A stretch of DNA of 64,000 nt from Nanobdellota archaeon (GCA_021807125.1 JAKAPK010000002.1:14120-78119); one strand, 5' to 3'; positions 38,918 to 49,559 are shown, counted from the stretch's first letter. Made by a program: numbers and translations. Notes: generated by a model not told the origin, from the sequence alone.

Positions 38918-39701
38918 AGACAAACATAAGTTAGAATCTATAAACATTAGAGTGGAAAGATTTGATCCTTCAAACAAAAAATTTTATAAAAGAGAATATG
39001 CAGTAAGTGCAGACAGATTCACAAGTGTGTTGAGCGCACTATTGCTCATAAAAGAAAATCTAGATCCTACATTATCTTTAAGATACAGTTGCAGAATGGG
39101 GATTTGTGGTTCATGTGCGATGGTGATAAACGGAAAACCGTCTTTGGCCTGCGAAACTAATTTGACCCACGAATTTTACAAGGATAAAACCGTAGTTGTT
39201 GAACCATTAAGAGGATTTCCCCTTTTGCGTGATCTTGTCACAGATTTCGATGATTTTTTTAACAAGCACAAAAGTGTTAAACCATGGCTAGTCGCATCTG
39301 ACATTAACGAACAGTTCGAGCCAAAAAAAGAATATCCTCAAACTTCTTATGAACGTGACGTATTTTTACCATTTTCAGAGTGTATAAAATGTGGTCTATG
39401 CGTTGATGCATGCCCAGTAACGAACACTAACAAAGAATTTATCGGTCCGCAAGCTCTTGGGCAAGCATATAGATACATAAAAGACTCGAGGGACGTGAAC
39501 GGAAAAGAAAGACTGGATATAATAGATACTCTGGAAGGCGTATGGGGGTGTGATTTCATAGGCGCTTGCTCGGTTGTGTGTCCAAAATCTGTCGATCCTG
39601 CACTTGCAATACAAATGCTTAAGGCAGAGATATCAAAACGAGTTATACTGGGCAAAAAACCAGTTAAAGAAGAAATAGTTGACAAACCTGGTCCGAAATA
39701 A
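38907..39701 (+). CDS. sdhB: Succinate dehydrogenase iron-sulfur subunit
   Basis: 264 aa. 2Fe-2S motif CRMGICGSCAM and 4Fe-4S/3Fe-4S motifs CIKCGLCVDACP and C...VVCPK. Confidence 0.9.
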   Translation: MQNKDKHKLESINIRVERFDPSNKKFYKREYAVSADRFTSVLSALLLIKENLDPTLSLRYSCRMGICGSCAMVINGKPSLACETNLTHEFYKDKTVVVEPLRGFPLLRDLVTDFDDFFNKHKSVKPWLVASDINEQFEPKKEYPQTSYERDVFLPFSECIKCGLCVDACPVTNTNKEFIGPQALGQAYRYIKDSRDVNGKERLDIIDTLEGVWGCDFIGACSVVCPKSVDPALAIQMLKAEISKRVILGKKPVKEEIVDKPGPK

Positions 39702-39733
39702 GACTTTATATCCTTAAAAAAAGTATTATAAAA

Positions 39734-41170
39734 ATGGCCGAGAAAGTCACTAATAGCAAGGCAGAAAGCAGCGCATCGAAAAAGGAATTTCGGATAGAAC
39801 ATGATTATCTGGGTAAAGTAGAGGTGCCTATAGATTCTTACTGGGGCGCACAAACACAAAGGGCGATTATCAACTTCCCTATATCAGGATTAAAGCCATT
39901 CAAAGAGTTTACAATGGCTATTATAAGCGTAAAGCGTGCTGCCGCAGAGGCAAATATGAAAGCAGGCCTATTGAACGAAAAAAAAGCGAAGGCAATAATA
40001 CACGCAGCAGACGAGATACTTGAAGGTAAACTTGCAAATCAGTTTGTGGTTGATGTATATCAGGCTGGCGCGGGCACGTCAAACAACATGAATGCAAACG
40101 AGGTTTTGGCAAACAGGGCCATAGAATTATTAGGGGGAAAAATAGGTGACTACTCTCTTATACACCCAAACGATGATGTTAACATGGGCCAGTCTACGAA
40201 CGATGTTATCCCGACAAGCATTAGAATAGCGTGTGCATGGCTCACAAAAGAATTAATCGATGCTTTAGAGTTGCTGCGTAATGAATTTGACAGAAAATCA
40301 CAAGAATTCGACGGCATAGTAAAAAGTGGTCGCACGCACCTTATGGACGCTGCTCCCATAAGATTAGGGCAGGAGTTCAAAGCATGGGCGCTTACCTTAA
40401 AAAAGCACATGGACCAATTAAAAGCTGCAATAAAAAGTCTATTAGAAGTAAATATAGGCGCGACAGCGGTAGGTACTGGGTTAAATGCAAATCCAAAATA
40501 TGTCGTTGAAGTCATAAAAATTTTATGTCGGATTACTAAATTAGATCTTAAAGGCGCTGAAAATCTACCTCAAGCAACACAATCTGTTACGGATTTTCTG
40601 ATGCTCTCTTCTGTATTAAGGGGTCTATCTGCAGACTTGGTAAAAATAATGAATGACATAAGACTTATGAATTCTGGTCCGATTACGGGTTTTGGAGAGA
40701 TTCAGCTTCCTGCAGTACAGCCTGGATCGTCGATAATGCCTGGTAAGGTAAATCCTAGTATGGCAGAAATGCTTACGATGGTTTGCTTTCAGGAAATTGG
40801 CGATGATACTGCGATATCTTTAAGTTCGCAGGCCGGACAATTAGAGTTAAACGTAATGACACCGTTGATTAACTTTTGTCTGCTTCGTGATCTTATAATA
40901 CTTCGAAATGCGATACTCGCATTTACGGACAAAGCTGCTAAAGGAATAATCGCGAACAAGGATAGAATGAGAGAGCTACTAGAAAAAACTCCCGGCGTAG
41001 GTCTAGTTCTTAACCCTTATATAGGATATGAAAAATCAGCTGAAGTTGTAAAGCGTGCCATTGCTGAAAATAAGAGCGTAAAGGACGTTGTTAAAGAGAT
41101 GGGTTTACTTTCTGATAAACAAATAGAAAGTATTTTTGACCCACATAATCTTGCTCCAGAAAAAAAATGA
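39734..41170 (+). CDS. fumC: Class II fumarate hydratase (fumarase C / aspartase-family lyase)
   Basis: 478 aa. Lyase_1 signature GSSIMPGKVNPS and an N-terminus (YWGAQTQRA) shared by FumC and AspA. Its position after sdh and among TCA genes favours fumarase. Confidence 0.65.
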   Translation: MAEKVTNSKAESSASKKEFRIEHDYLGKVEVPIDSYWGAQTQRAIINFPISGLKPFKEFTMAIISVKRAAAEANMKAGLLNEKKAKAIIHAADEILEGKLANQFVVDVYQAGAGTSNNMNANEVLANRAIELLGGKIGDYSLIHPNDDVNMGQSTNDVIPTSIRIACAWLTKELIDALELLRNEFDRKSQEFDGIVKSGRTHLMDAAPIRLGQEFKAWALTLKKHMDQLKAAIKSLLEVNIGATAVGTGLNANPKYVVEVIKILCRITKLDLKGAENLPQATQSVTDFLMLSSVLRGLSADLVKIMNDIRLMNSGPITGFGEIQLPAVQPGSSIMPGKVNPSMAEMLTMVCFQEIGDDTAISLSSQAGQLELNVMTPLINFCLLRDLIILRNAILAFTDKAAKGIIANKDRMRELLEKTPGVGLVLNPYIGYEKSAEVVKRAIAENKSVKDVVKEMGLLSDKQIESIFDPHNLAPEKK

Positions 41171-42407
41171 TATGGGGACTAAGGCTATAAAGCTAAAAAA
41201 CGGCTTGCAAGTAATAATAGATTCCAAACCTTATTTTGAATCCATTGGCGTAGCTTTCGGTGTAAGATTCGGCTCTGTTTATGAAAAACCGGAACAAGCT
41301 GGCGTAGCACACTTTATAGAACACATGCTATTCAAAGGAACGAAGAACCGTAGTTGGATTGATATCGAAAAAGAGTTGAGAAAGATAACAGTAAGCCATA
41401 ATGCTGAAACCGATTTTGAATCAACGGTTTTTCATTTAAAGATAGACAAGAATAATTTTGAAAATGCGATTGAGTTCCTTTCTGACTTGGTAAAAAACCC
41501 TGCATTTCCAGAAGAACAAATAGAACGCGAAAGGGGCCCTATAATAAATGAGAATCTGATATCTAAAGACACTCCTTGGTCAGTAGCAGGTGAAGAATTA
41601 TTAAAAGTTATGCTAAAAAACCATCCTGCTGGCAGACCCATTATTGGATTTGAAAAAACGATAAGACGCATAGACAGAAAAATACTTATTGAAAACTACA
41701 AAAAATTTTACACACCGCAGAACAGTGTTCTAACCGTCTATGGCGGAGTAAAAAGCTCAGACGGCATAAAATGCATTAGAAAATATTTCAATGAATTTGA
41801 AGGCAAAATGCCAGACACAAAAATTAAACCTGTAGATGATACTGCAGTAGGTAGAAGCATTAAATTATATAGACCTGAACTAAAGGAGGGTATCTTTCTT
41901 ATGGGGCTTAAGACACCACCAGTATCAAGAACCTATGAGTCTCTAAATAAGGATGAGGTAACGCCACTGGTTGCTTGTAAATTGCTTTCAAATAGACTTT
42001 ATGATTTTGTAAGGGGAAAACTAGGACTTGCATATGAGGTAAATGCGTCTATATACCAATATAAAATGTTTTCACTTATGTTTGTGAACGCCGGTGCGAT
42101 GCCTAATGAAATAGATAAAGTAAAGGCGGCTATATTCGAAGAAATAAGAATGATGCATGCGCTATCCGAACGAGAAGCGGATATAGAAAGCGTTAAACAA
42201 TCTATGATAGCAGATTTCAAACTTATGCAAGAAGACAGTATTAGTAGCGCAATAAGAGCAGCGCACGTTTATCTCGTAAGACGCATCCACGACGCCTCTG
42301 GCTACGAGAATGCGCTCAAAGCTGTTAAATTCAATGATCTGAAACGTTTCCTTAAAAAGTATCTTGATGTTAAACGCTGCACAACAATCGAAATGCTGCC
42401 AAAATGA
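41136..42407 (+). CDS. M16-family (insulinase/pitrilysin-like) zinc metallopeptidase
   Basis: 423 aa. Inverted zinc motif HFIEHMLFKGT (HxxEH) followed by a downstream Glu-containing region; overlaps the end of fumC by 35 nt. Confidence 0.75.
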   Translation: MTHIILLQKKNDMGTKAIKLKNGLQVIIDSKPYFESIGVAFGVRFGSVYEKPEQAGVAHFIEHMLFKGTKNRSWIDIEKELRKITVSHNAETDFESTVFHLKIDKNNFENAIEFLSDLVKNPAFPEEQIERERGPIINENLISKDTPWSVAGEELLKVMLKNHPAGRPIIGFEKTIRRIDRKILIENYKKFYTPQNSVLTVYGGVKSSDGIKCIRKYFNEFEGKMPDTKIKPVDDTAVGRSIKLYRPELKEGIFLMGLKTPPVSRTYESLNKDEVTPLVACKLLSNRLYDFVRGKLGLAYEVNASIYQYKMFSLMFVNAGAMPNEIDKVKAAIFEEIRMMHALSEREADIESVKQSMIADFKLMQEDSISSAIRAAHVYLVRRIHDASGYENALKAVKFNDLKRFLKKYLDVKRCTTIEMLPK

Positions 42408-42467
42408 TGAGAAAACGCATTTTTACGTATACTGCCATAATTAAATCTTAATTCAGTATAATATCAA

Positions 42468-43220
42468 ATGAAAAACCAATATTTCGCGGATGCTCGTGAT
42501 CTTTTCAAGTACGACCTAATAATAAGTTTAATGTCAGATTACGAGTTAGCAAAAAACTTCACTTTTGTTCCTATGCTTACCCCAGACGTTTCAACTACCC
42601 ACGGTTCATTGACAAATTATAAAAATGGATGGCCAGGAACGCAGAGAAATGACCTTGTTAAATTTCTTTCTATGTGCATAAAAACGAAAAGAAGAGACAT
42701 AAGAAATATAGAGTCGTTTTTCCATAGGGCAAAAAGCTGCTCTGGGCTTTCCGTTAAAATATATAGCAAAGACAACTTATTCAGAAATGAGACCCGAAGC
42801 AATTACTTTGATAACTTGCCAGTCAATTTGTTAAAAAATTCGATAATATTCCTTGACCCTGACACTGGTTTGGAAATAAAAAGCGATACAAATAATAAGG
42901 AAGCTCATCTAAAGTATGTAGAAGTTAGAAACGTATACCGTAAAATGGATAAAAATTCGATACTTTTGATATTTCAGTTTATACCTCGAGTAAGAAGACA
43001 GCCGTATATACTTAAAATATGCGAAAGACTTGATAAGGCGATAAATAAAAAATTCGCTATCCATTATGTATCTGATAACAAGATCGTATTCTTTGCGCTC
43101 AGCAAAAGCAAAGCACGAGAGAAATTACTTAATCGTGCAATTAAGGGTTATAGTATACGTTATAATCTAGCTTTTGGCGGCCAGACGTATCATCAAAGAT
43201 TTAATATTAGCTCTGATTAA
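42468..43220 (+). CDS. Hypothetical protein resembling the RlmJ-type rRNA adenine-N6 methyltransferase family, but with a degenerate motif IV
   Basis: 250 aa. N-terminus YFADARDLFKYDLII parallels the RlmJ N-terminus (SFHAGNHADVLKHTVQSLII as I recall it). FLDPDTGLE aligns with the RlmJ catalytic LIDPPYE, but the DPPY tetrad is replaced by DPDT. Confidence 0.3.
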   Translation: MKNQYFADARDLFKYDLIISLMSDYELAKNFTFVPMLTPDVSTTHGSLTNYKNGWPGTQRNDLVKFLSMCIKTKRRDIRNIESFFHRAKSCSGLSVKIYSKDNLFRNETRSNYFDNLPVNLLKNSIIFLDPDTGLEIKSDTNNKEAHLKYVEVRNVYRKMDKNSILLIFQFIPRVRRQPYILKICERLDKAINKKFAIHYVSDNKIVFFALSKSKAREKLLNRAIKGYSIRYNLAFGGQTYHQRFNISSD

Positions 43221-43271
43221 TAGTATAATTAATGCTGTTGGAGGTAATTTACGTCACTTACAAACAAAGAT

Positions 43272-45026
43272 ATGGCTATGGTTGCTCCAGATCTGCTCGC
43301 TTGGATAACGGACGTTTCAAAGGTTACTCGACCTTCTAGAGTTGTATGGTGCGATGGGTCCAAAACAGAAGCAAAACAAATAGCTGCAGAGATGGTAAAA
43401 AGACAGGAATTAATAAAACTAAACAAACGGGTGTATAAAAATTGTTATCTTTTTAGGAACCGTCAGGACGATGTCGCTAGATTGGAAGATAGAACGCTAA
43501 TATGTACTAAAAATAAGGACGATGTAGGCCCTACCAACAATTGGATGTCGATAGATCAAGCAAAGTCAATGCTAAACGAGTTGTTTGACGGTATAATGAA
43601 CGGGCGTACAATGTATATACTGCCTTACATCATGGGGCCGTTGGGCTCTAAATATTCCGAATTTGGATTAGAAGTTACTGACAGTCCTTTAGTTGTCTTA
43701 ACAACTGGCATATTAACAAGAATGGGAAAAACTGCTTTAAAGACGCACAAAAATGGTGACAAATTTGTAAGAGGCTTACATTCTATCGGCAACTTAGACA
43801 AGCAGAATAGATACATAGTACACTTTCCAGAAGAAGACCTACTTATGAGTGTAAATACAAATTATGGTGGAAACGCATCATTAAGCAAAAAACCGCATGC
43901 GTTACGGTTAGCCAGCGTGCAAGCCAGAAGAAACGGTTGGCTTGCTGAGCATATGTTTATATCTGAGATAGAAGATCCAAATGGAAAACGCGTGTATATT
44001 GCTGGTGCGCTTTCTAGCGGGAGCGGAAAAACAAATTTGGCTATGATTAAACCTCCAAAAATATTCAAAGAATGGAAAGTTAGAACTGTCGGAGATGATA
44101 TAGCCTGGTTACATAATCATGAAGAAGGGCGAATGATAGGCATTAATCCTGAAAATGGATTTTTTGGAGTAGCTTATAATACTGGTATAGAGTCAAATCC
44201 AAACATACTAAATTGCATAAGAAGCAATACTCTCTTCACAAACGTTGGACTAACAAAGGAAAAAACGCCTTGGTGGGAAGGATTAACGAGCACCGTGCCT
44301 AAAGACGTAGTCGATTGGACTGGAAAAGCACGGTTAAAAACTACTTGCGCTACAGTGGCGAATCGAAATTCGAGGTATTCTACGCCTTTGTCGCAGTATA
44401 AGATGAAATCGGTTGAATATGACAACCCTGATGGTGTGCCTATCTCAATCATAATCTTTGGCGGGAGAAGAGCAGACTTGGTTCCTCTAGTATACGAAGC
44501 CTATGGATGGGAACATGGTATTCTAATGGGTGCCATGATGCGCGTTGAAACTACTGCTGCTATAGACACTAAGATGGGAAGTGTAAGAGCCGACCCGATG
44601 GCTATGGTTGCGTTCTGCGGGTACAATATGGCAGATTACTTCAAGCACTGGGTAGACTTTTATAAAGGATTAAAACAGAAGCCTAGAATATTTTTTGTAA
44701 ACTGGTTCAGAAAGGACGAAAAAGGTAACTATATGTGGCCTGGTTTTTCTGAAAACTTCAGAATTATAAAATGGATGATTGATAGACTAACCAATAAAGT
44801 TGATGCAATAGCTACGCCAATAGGCTACGTACCGAAGTTAGAGTCGCTAGACTTACGCGGATTAAAAATAAAAAATAAAACCATAGAACGACTTTTGTAC
44901 GTCAATAAAAGTGGGTGGTTAGAGGAGCTCAAAGCTACTAATGAATTTTTCGCTAAATTCGGTGACAGGATACCAAAGGAACTTTGGGAAGAGTATCACA
45001 AATTAGAGAAAAGATTGAAAGATTAA
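43272..45026 (+). CDS. pckG: Phosphoenolpyruvate carboxykinase (GTP-dependent type)
   Basis: 584 aa. Kinase-1a P-loop SSGSGKTNLAMIKP, and N-terminal and C-terminal nucleotide-binding domains typical of GTP-PEPCK. Confidence 0.85.
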   Translation: MAMVAPDLLAWITDVSKVTRPSRVVWCDGSKTEAKQIAAEMVKRQELIKLNKRVYKNCYLFRNRQDDVARLEDRTLICTKNKDDVGPTNNWMSIDQAKSMLNELFDGIMNGRTMYILPYIMGPLGSKYSEFGLEVTDSPLVVLTTGILTRMGKTALKTHKNGDKFVRGLHSIGNLDKQNRYIVHFPEEDLLMSVNTNYGGNASLSKKPHALRLASVQARRNGWLAEHMFISEIEDPNGKRVYIAGALSSGSGKTNLAMIKPPKIFKEWKVRTVGDDIAWLHNHEEGRMIGINPENGFFGVAYNTGIESNPNILNCIRSNTLFTNVGLTKEKTPWWEGLTSTVPKDVVDWTGKARLKTTCATVANRNSRYSTPLSQYKMKSVEYDNPDGVPISIIIFGGRRADLVPLVYEAYGWEHGILMGAMMRVETTAAIDTKMGSVRADPMAMVAFCGYNMADYFKHWVDFYKGLKQKPRIFFVNWFRKDEKGNYMWPGFSENFRIIKWMIDRLTNKVDAIATPIGYVPKLESLDLRGLKIKNKTIERLLYVNKSGWLEELKATNEFFAKFGDRIPKELWEEYHKLEKRLKD

Positions 45027-45049
45027 ATAGCACATTTATATAGAGATAA

Positions 45050-46405
45050 CTAAATTATTACGAAAGATACTCCGATAAAAAGTGAGATTACAAGTACAGA
45101 TAGTATTATTTCCCTATAACGCAGATTATGATAACCATCTTTATATTTTGATTTAGAAGGCGCAACAACTGGATTTATCTCCCTCAAGAGACTAAGATAA
45201 TAAAACGCAGAAAAGAGTAATATTGCAAAAACTGCTATAACAAAATAAAAATAACCGTTAACCAAAAGTGACTGAAATATCAGCAGTTTTCCAAAGAATC
45301 CTATTGTTGGGGGTAGTCCTGCAAGTGAAAGAAGTCCCAAAGAGAATGCTATCGTGCTTATGCGAGATATCTTTGGTATTTTGGCAATGTCTTTTTTATA
45401 TTTTATACCTTGCTCCTCGAATATAGTATAAGCCAAGAAAACCAAACAATCCGCAATCGCAAAACTGAATATGTAAAACACTGCTGCGCCAGCACCGACA
45501 TAAGGCAATAAAGATATCCCTATGAATGCGAAACCTGCCTGAGCTATACTGGCGTATACCAATATTCTCTTTATTCTTTCCTGTATTATTGCAAGAAAAC
45601 TTGCGAAGAACAAAGTGGATAATGCAAGTATAACAAACATTGGCTGTATAAACCCTGCCGCTAATGGAAAAGCAAAGAAAAAAACGCGGGTTATTGCTAT
45701 AAGACCTGCAGCTTTGGATATAGATGCTAGGAACGAAGTTATAGGTGACGCCGCAGCCTCATAAACATCCGGTGCCCACATATGAAACGGCACAAGCGTC
45801 GACTTAAATGCCAGTCCGACAACAACGAGGCTTATACCTGCGACAAGGGGTACATAATTTATGAGTGCCACAGAAGAGAAATTAAGGCTTCCTGCACCGC
45901 CGTAAACGAGCGAAATACCAAAAATGAGTATCACCATAGATATGAAACTTGTTGCTACATACTTTACTGCGCCCTCGAGTCTACGTTTATTTTTCTCGAA
46001 GAATATCATGCCATATGACGGTATTGACAAAAGTTCTATAGATATAAGCAAAGACACAAAGTTACTGGATATGACTACCAGAGTTGCGCCTAGAACAGCA
46101 AACATGAACAACAAATCCATGCTGGTACTATATTCTTCATAAGTGAGGTACATGAACGCGTATATTAAAACTGCTAAAAAAAGTATAAACCCGTTTATAA
46201 AATAAGAGAATTGGGTCATTGAAAAAAACGTCGTGTTTAGATTTCCGAATATCAATTCAGTAATTAATGAAACGACCAATATTGATATAGAAAGAATATG
46301 CATGATCTTCTTATTGTTTGTAGAAAATCTGCTGCGTAAAAGATCTACAATTATAAAGAATAGGATACCGGTAGCTAAAACGTACTGTGTGTTTAGGTTT
46401 ATCAT
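45050..46405 (-). CDS. nuoN: NADH-quinone oxidoreductase (complex I) subunit N
   Basis: 451 aa, about 14 TM helices of the Mrp-antiporter-like family; last gene of the J-K-L-M-N block. Confidence 0.75.
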   Translation of the reverse strand: MINLNTQYVLATGILFFIIVDLLRSRFSTNNKKIMHILSISILVVSLITELIFGNLNTTFFSMTQFSYFINGFILFLAVLIYAFMYLTYEEYSTSMDLLFMFAVLGATLVVISSNFVSLLISIELLSIPSYGMIFFEKNKRRLEGAVKYVATSFISMVILIFGISLVYGGAGSLNFSSVALINYVPLVAGISLVVVGLAFKSTLVPFHMWAPDVYEAAASPITSFLASISKAAGLIAITRVFFFAFPLAAGFIQPMFVILALSTLFFASFLAIIQERIKRILVYASIAQAGFAFIGISLLPYVGAGAAVFYIFSFAIADCLVFLAYTIFEEQGIKYKKDIAKIPKISRISTIAFSLGLLSLAGLPPTIGFFGKLLIFQSLLVNGYFYFVIAVFAILLFSAFYYLSLLREINPVVAPSKSKYKDGYHNLRYREIILSVLVISLFIGVSFVII

Positions 46406-47811
46406 ATATTGCCCATCATATTAAAAATTATTGCCGGTAGTATCCCTAAAGTTATTATGAAGAAAGAGAATATACTGAGCTGGAATCTCTCAATATAAGA
46501 GATGTCCGTAAGCGACACAAATAACTTATTTAAATTTCCAAAAAGTATTCTTTTAGCGGCATTAAGATAATAGCCAGTCGCTATTAATATTGACAAAAGA
46601 ACGATTAGAACCAAAGGATATACTGCGTACCCACCAAGTACAGAAAGCATTTCTCCGATAAAATTACTTAACCCAGGCACGCCTAACGTAGCAACTATAG
46701 CGAGCATTAAAAACATGCCGAAGAAAGGCATTTTAACATTTAATCCCCCTAATGTGTTAATTTCACGTGTCTTTGTCTTCTCTTTCATTATCCCTGCAAT
46801 TGTAAACAACATGCCTGCAATAAAACCATGGCTAACCATTATAAAAACCGCTCCGTAAGTCCCAATTGTTGTTAAAGAGACTGCACCTATAAAGGCCAAC
46901 GACATATAAAGCACGCTGGAATAAGCTACTATCCTTTTAAAATCCGTTTGCGCTGATGCTACGAGCACAATGTATATTGCAGTGAATATCCCCAGCCACA
47001 TGAGCCATGGTTGAAATGCGCGTACTACATTTTGAAAAAGAAGCGTTCCAAAGAGGAGAAGCGCATAGCCGCCCATCTTAAGGAGGACCCCCGCGAGAAG
47101 TATGCTACCTACGGTCGGCGCTCCTACATGTGCATCTGGAAGCCAAACATGGAGTGGAAAAAGCGGCATCTTTATAATTGCAGCGACCAAAACAAAAACA
47201 AATGCGACTTGTGCAACGGCAAATGGAATAGACTCTACCCCACTTTGAATTGTCGTCAATGTGAAAGAGCCAGTGTAGATAAACATTATTATGAATGCAC
47301 CAAGCAATAGAAAACTTCCAAACTGTGTGAATATGAGAAACTTCATACTTGCTCGCTTCCTGTTCTCTTCCCCCCAATAAGCAATTATAAAAAAGAAGGA
47401 AATTAGTATTATTTCCCAAAATATAAAAAATGCTATCAAATTATTAGACATGAATACGGATATCAAAGACATATAGATCAATAAATAAAGCGTGTAGAAA
47501 AGCCCCTTGTTAACGGTTATTTCCTTCTTGGCTGGCAACAGTGCAAGAGCAGGGAGCACAACCGAAAGCAGCATGAACGGCAAACTTAACGCATTCAATT
47601 GAAAATTAAATGAAAAGTCTATGCTATTTACTATTGTAACAGAAAAAGATTGAAATCCTAAGATAAGTCCTGAGAAAAAAATGAAATTAGTTGCTAAAGC
47701 AACTGCAAGTGTAGTTTTTTCTTCACTTAGCGGACGGTGCAATATCTTACTCAAAATTATTGCGATTATGCCTATAGTCGGTATAAGTATGAAACCTAAA
47801 AGTTGAATCAT
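46402..47811 (-). CDS. nuoM: NADH-quinone oxidoreductase subunit M
   Basis: 469 aa. Antiporter-like subunit with HVWLPDAHVGAPT motif; ATGA overlaps on both sides. Confidence 0.8.
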   Translation of the reverse strand: MIQLLGFILIPTIGIIAIILSKILHRPLSEEKTTLAVALATNFIFFSGLILGFQSFSVTIVNSIDFSFNFQLNALSLPFMLLSVVLPALALLPAKKEITVNKGLFYTLYLLIYMSLISVFMSNNLIAFFIFWEIILISFFFIIAYWGEENRKRASMKFLIFTQFGSFLLLGAFIIMFIYTGSFTLTTIQSGVESIPFAVAQVAFVFVLVAAIIKMPLFPLHVWLPDAHVGAPTVGSILLAGVLLKMGGYALLLFGTLLFQNVVRAFQPWLMWLGIFTAIYIVLVASAQTDFKRIVAYSSVLYMSLAFIGAVSLTTIGTYGAVFIMVSHGFIAGMLFTIAGIMKEKTKTREINTLGGLNVKMPFFGMFLMLAIVATLGVPGLSNFIGEMLSVLGGYAVYPLVLIVLLSILIATGYYLNAAKRILFGNLNKLFVSLTDISYIERFQLSIFSFFIITLGILPAIIFNMMGNI

Positions 47812-49553
47812 ATAAAGATCGCCCCTAAGAAAATGAGTATGAGTACACCTATAAGTATAGCTGATATATACGTTTCTACGTCACCATCCTGAAAACGCCT
47901 TGAAAAGGCAGAAGCTTTAAATGAAACATCGGATAAATCGTTGTAAAAGCTGGAAAGAGCAAAATCGAACTTGTTTGCAAGCTTGCCGGCGTATAATATG
48001 GCATTTCCAAATGCATTTAGCATATCATTATAAGATATCTTAAAAATCTTTTCCGAAGACGCAAGAAAAACTCTTATTCCAGTTTTGTGTTCGTCTTTAT
48101 AAAATAGAATAAATGAAATGTAACCGCCAAGTGCAACGGACGCCAAATCTACAATCTCCGGAAGCGTAATAGAATAAGGTATCGACAAGTATGAATTAAG
48201 GTAGAAAAGGAGTATCCCGCCCATAACTGATATAATTGACAATATAACTATGGGCAAAAAGGAAAAAATTGGTTTTAAAAGGCGTTCTCCAGAGGAATGA
48301 AAAACGGTAAAAAACAGTCTGAATGAGAATAGCGCTGTGAGGAAAGACATTGCTGCAAAAATTATATCATATGCAATATTAAAAGTATAGCCTAGCGATA
48401 GATGCGCAAAAAATCCCATAAAAGGAGGTATGCCTAACAACGAAAAGAGGCCTATAAGTGTTGGAAAATAAAGCCACGAACTAGATAAGTTTTTCCTTTT
48501 TAGCCAATATATATTTTGTGTACTTAGCAATATAAGTAGCGTACCTGCTATTAGAAAGAGCAGGGACTTGAATACCGCGTGTGTTATAAGATAGAATACA
48601 GCTCCGCCAGTGTTGAAAACTCCAACTGCTAAAAACATGAAAGAAAGACTCTCAATAGTAGAGTAAGCTAGTATCCTTTTGAAATCTATTGATTTTAATG
48701 CCAATAGGGCTGCTATAAAGGAAGTTATTATCGAGATTATTACAATGACAAGGGATAGATTTGTAGCATAAAGTATCGGCGACAGAAGCACTAATATGAA
48801 AGCACCGGCCGCTACCATTGTAGCGGAATGCAGAAGCGCACTTACTGGCGTCGGGCCTTCCATTGCGTCGGGAAGCCAAGTATAAAATGGGAATTGTGCA
48901 GACTTTGAAAGGGCGGCAATGATAAGAAGCACGACAGATGTCGCTAATAATGTTGGGTTTATCATGGAATAACTGTTCAATAGATAAGGTATAGAAAAGG
49001 AATGCAGGCTGGTAAACAATATGATTATTGCAGACAGGAAAGCTATGTCGCCTATTCTAGTCATAATAAGCGCTTTTTTGCCGGCTGCAGAGGCTGATTC
49101 GCGCCTGTAATAGAATCCTATTAGCAAGTATGATGATACTCCAACAAGCTCCCAAAAAATATAGAGCAGAAGCAGGCTGCCGGATATTACTAATCCCATC
49201 ATCGAAAATATGAATAATGACATTTCCGCATAGTATCTTTCCTGCGGTTCGTTTTTCATGTAGAAAACTGAAAACAATAGCACCATCATTGAGATAAACG
49301 ACACTAATAATGCCATTATGAGATTTAGGTTACCGCCTAAAAGTGCTATATCAAAACTGAGCCCACCTAAAGAAAACCATGTGAAGTTCTCATACAGGTT
49401 GTGATTTAGATAATAAAACAAAAATGCCAGTGCTATTGCGAACGTTATACCTGATGCCATAAGTGCTATCGCATCGCTCCTGAATCTCTTATTTCCTATG
49501 AGCGGTATTAAAATAAACGACAGTAACATTGGCAAAAGAATTATGTACAACAT
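47808..49553 (-). CDS. nuoL: NADH-quinone oxidoreductase subunit L
   Basis: 581 aa. Antiporter-like core (LYIFWELVGVSSYLLIGFYY, TWLPDAMEGPTPVSAL) plus a long C-terminal extension consistent with the L-subunit lateral helix. Confidence 0.8.
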   Translation of the reverse strand: MLYIILLPMLLSFILIPLIGNKRFRSDAIALMASGITFAIALAFLFYYLNHNLYENFTWFSLGGLSFDIALLGGNLNLIMALLVSFISMMVLLFSVFYMKNEPQERYYAEMSLFIFSMMGLVISGSLLLLYIFWELVGVSSYLLIGFYYRRESASAAGKKALIMTRIGDIAFLSAIIILFTSLHSFSIPYLLNSYSMINPTLLATSVVLLIIAALSKSAQFPFYTWLPDAMEGPTPVSALLHSATMVAAGAFILVLLSPILYATNLSLVIVIISIITSFIAALLALKSIDFKRILAYSTIESLSFMFLAVGVFNTGGAVFYLITHAVFKSLLFLIAGTLLILLSTQNIYWLKRKNLSSSWLYFPTLIGLFSLLGIPPFMGFFAHLSLGYTFNIAYDIIFAAMSFLTALFSFRLFFTVFHSSGERLLKPIFSFLPIVILSIISVMGGILLFYLNSYLSIPYSITLPEIVDLASVALGGYISFILFYKDEHKTGIRVFLASSEKIFKISYNDMLNAFGNAILYAGKLANKFDFALSSFYNDLSDVSFKASAFSRRFQDGDVETYISAILIGVLILIFLGAIFI

Positions 49554-49559
49554 ATTTTA

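Noticed and set aside
42468-43220. PDTGLEIK in the 250-aa hypothetical read as a PD-(D/E)xK nuclease motif
   Set aside because: Only 4 residues separate PD from ExK, where real PD-(D/E)xK sites have a roughly 10-20-residue beta-hairpin. The segment aligns better with the DPPY region of RlmJ-type methyltransferases.
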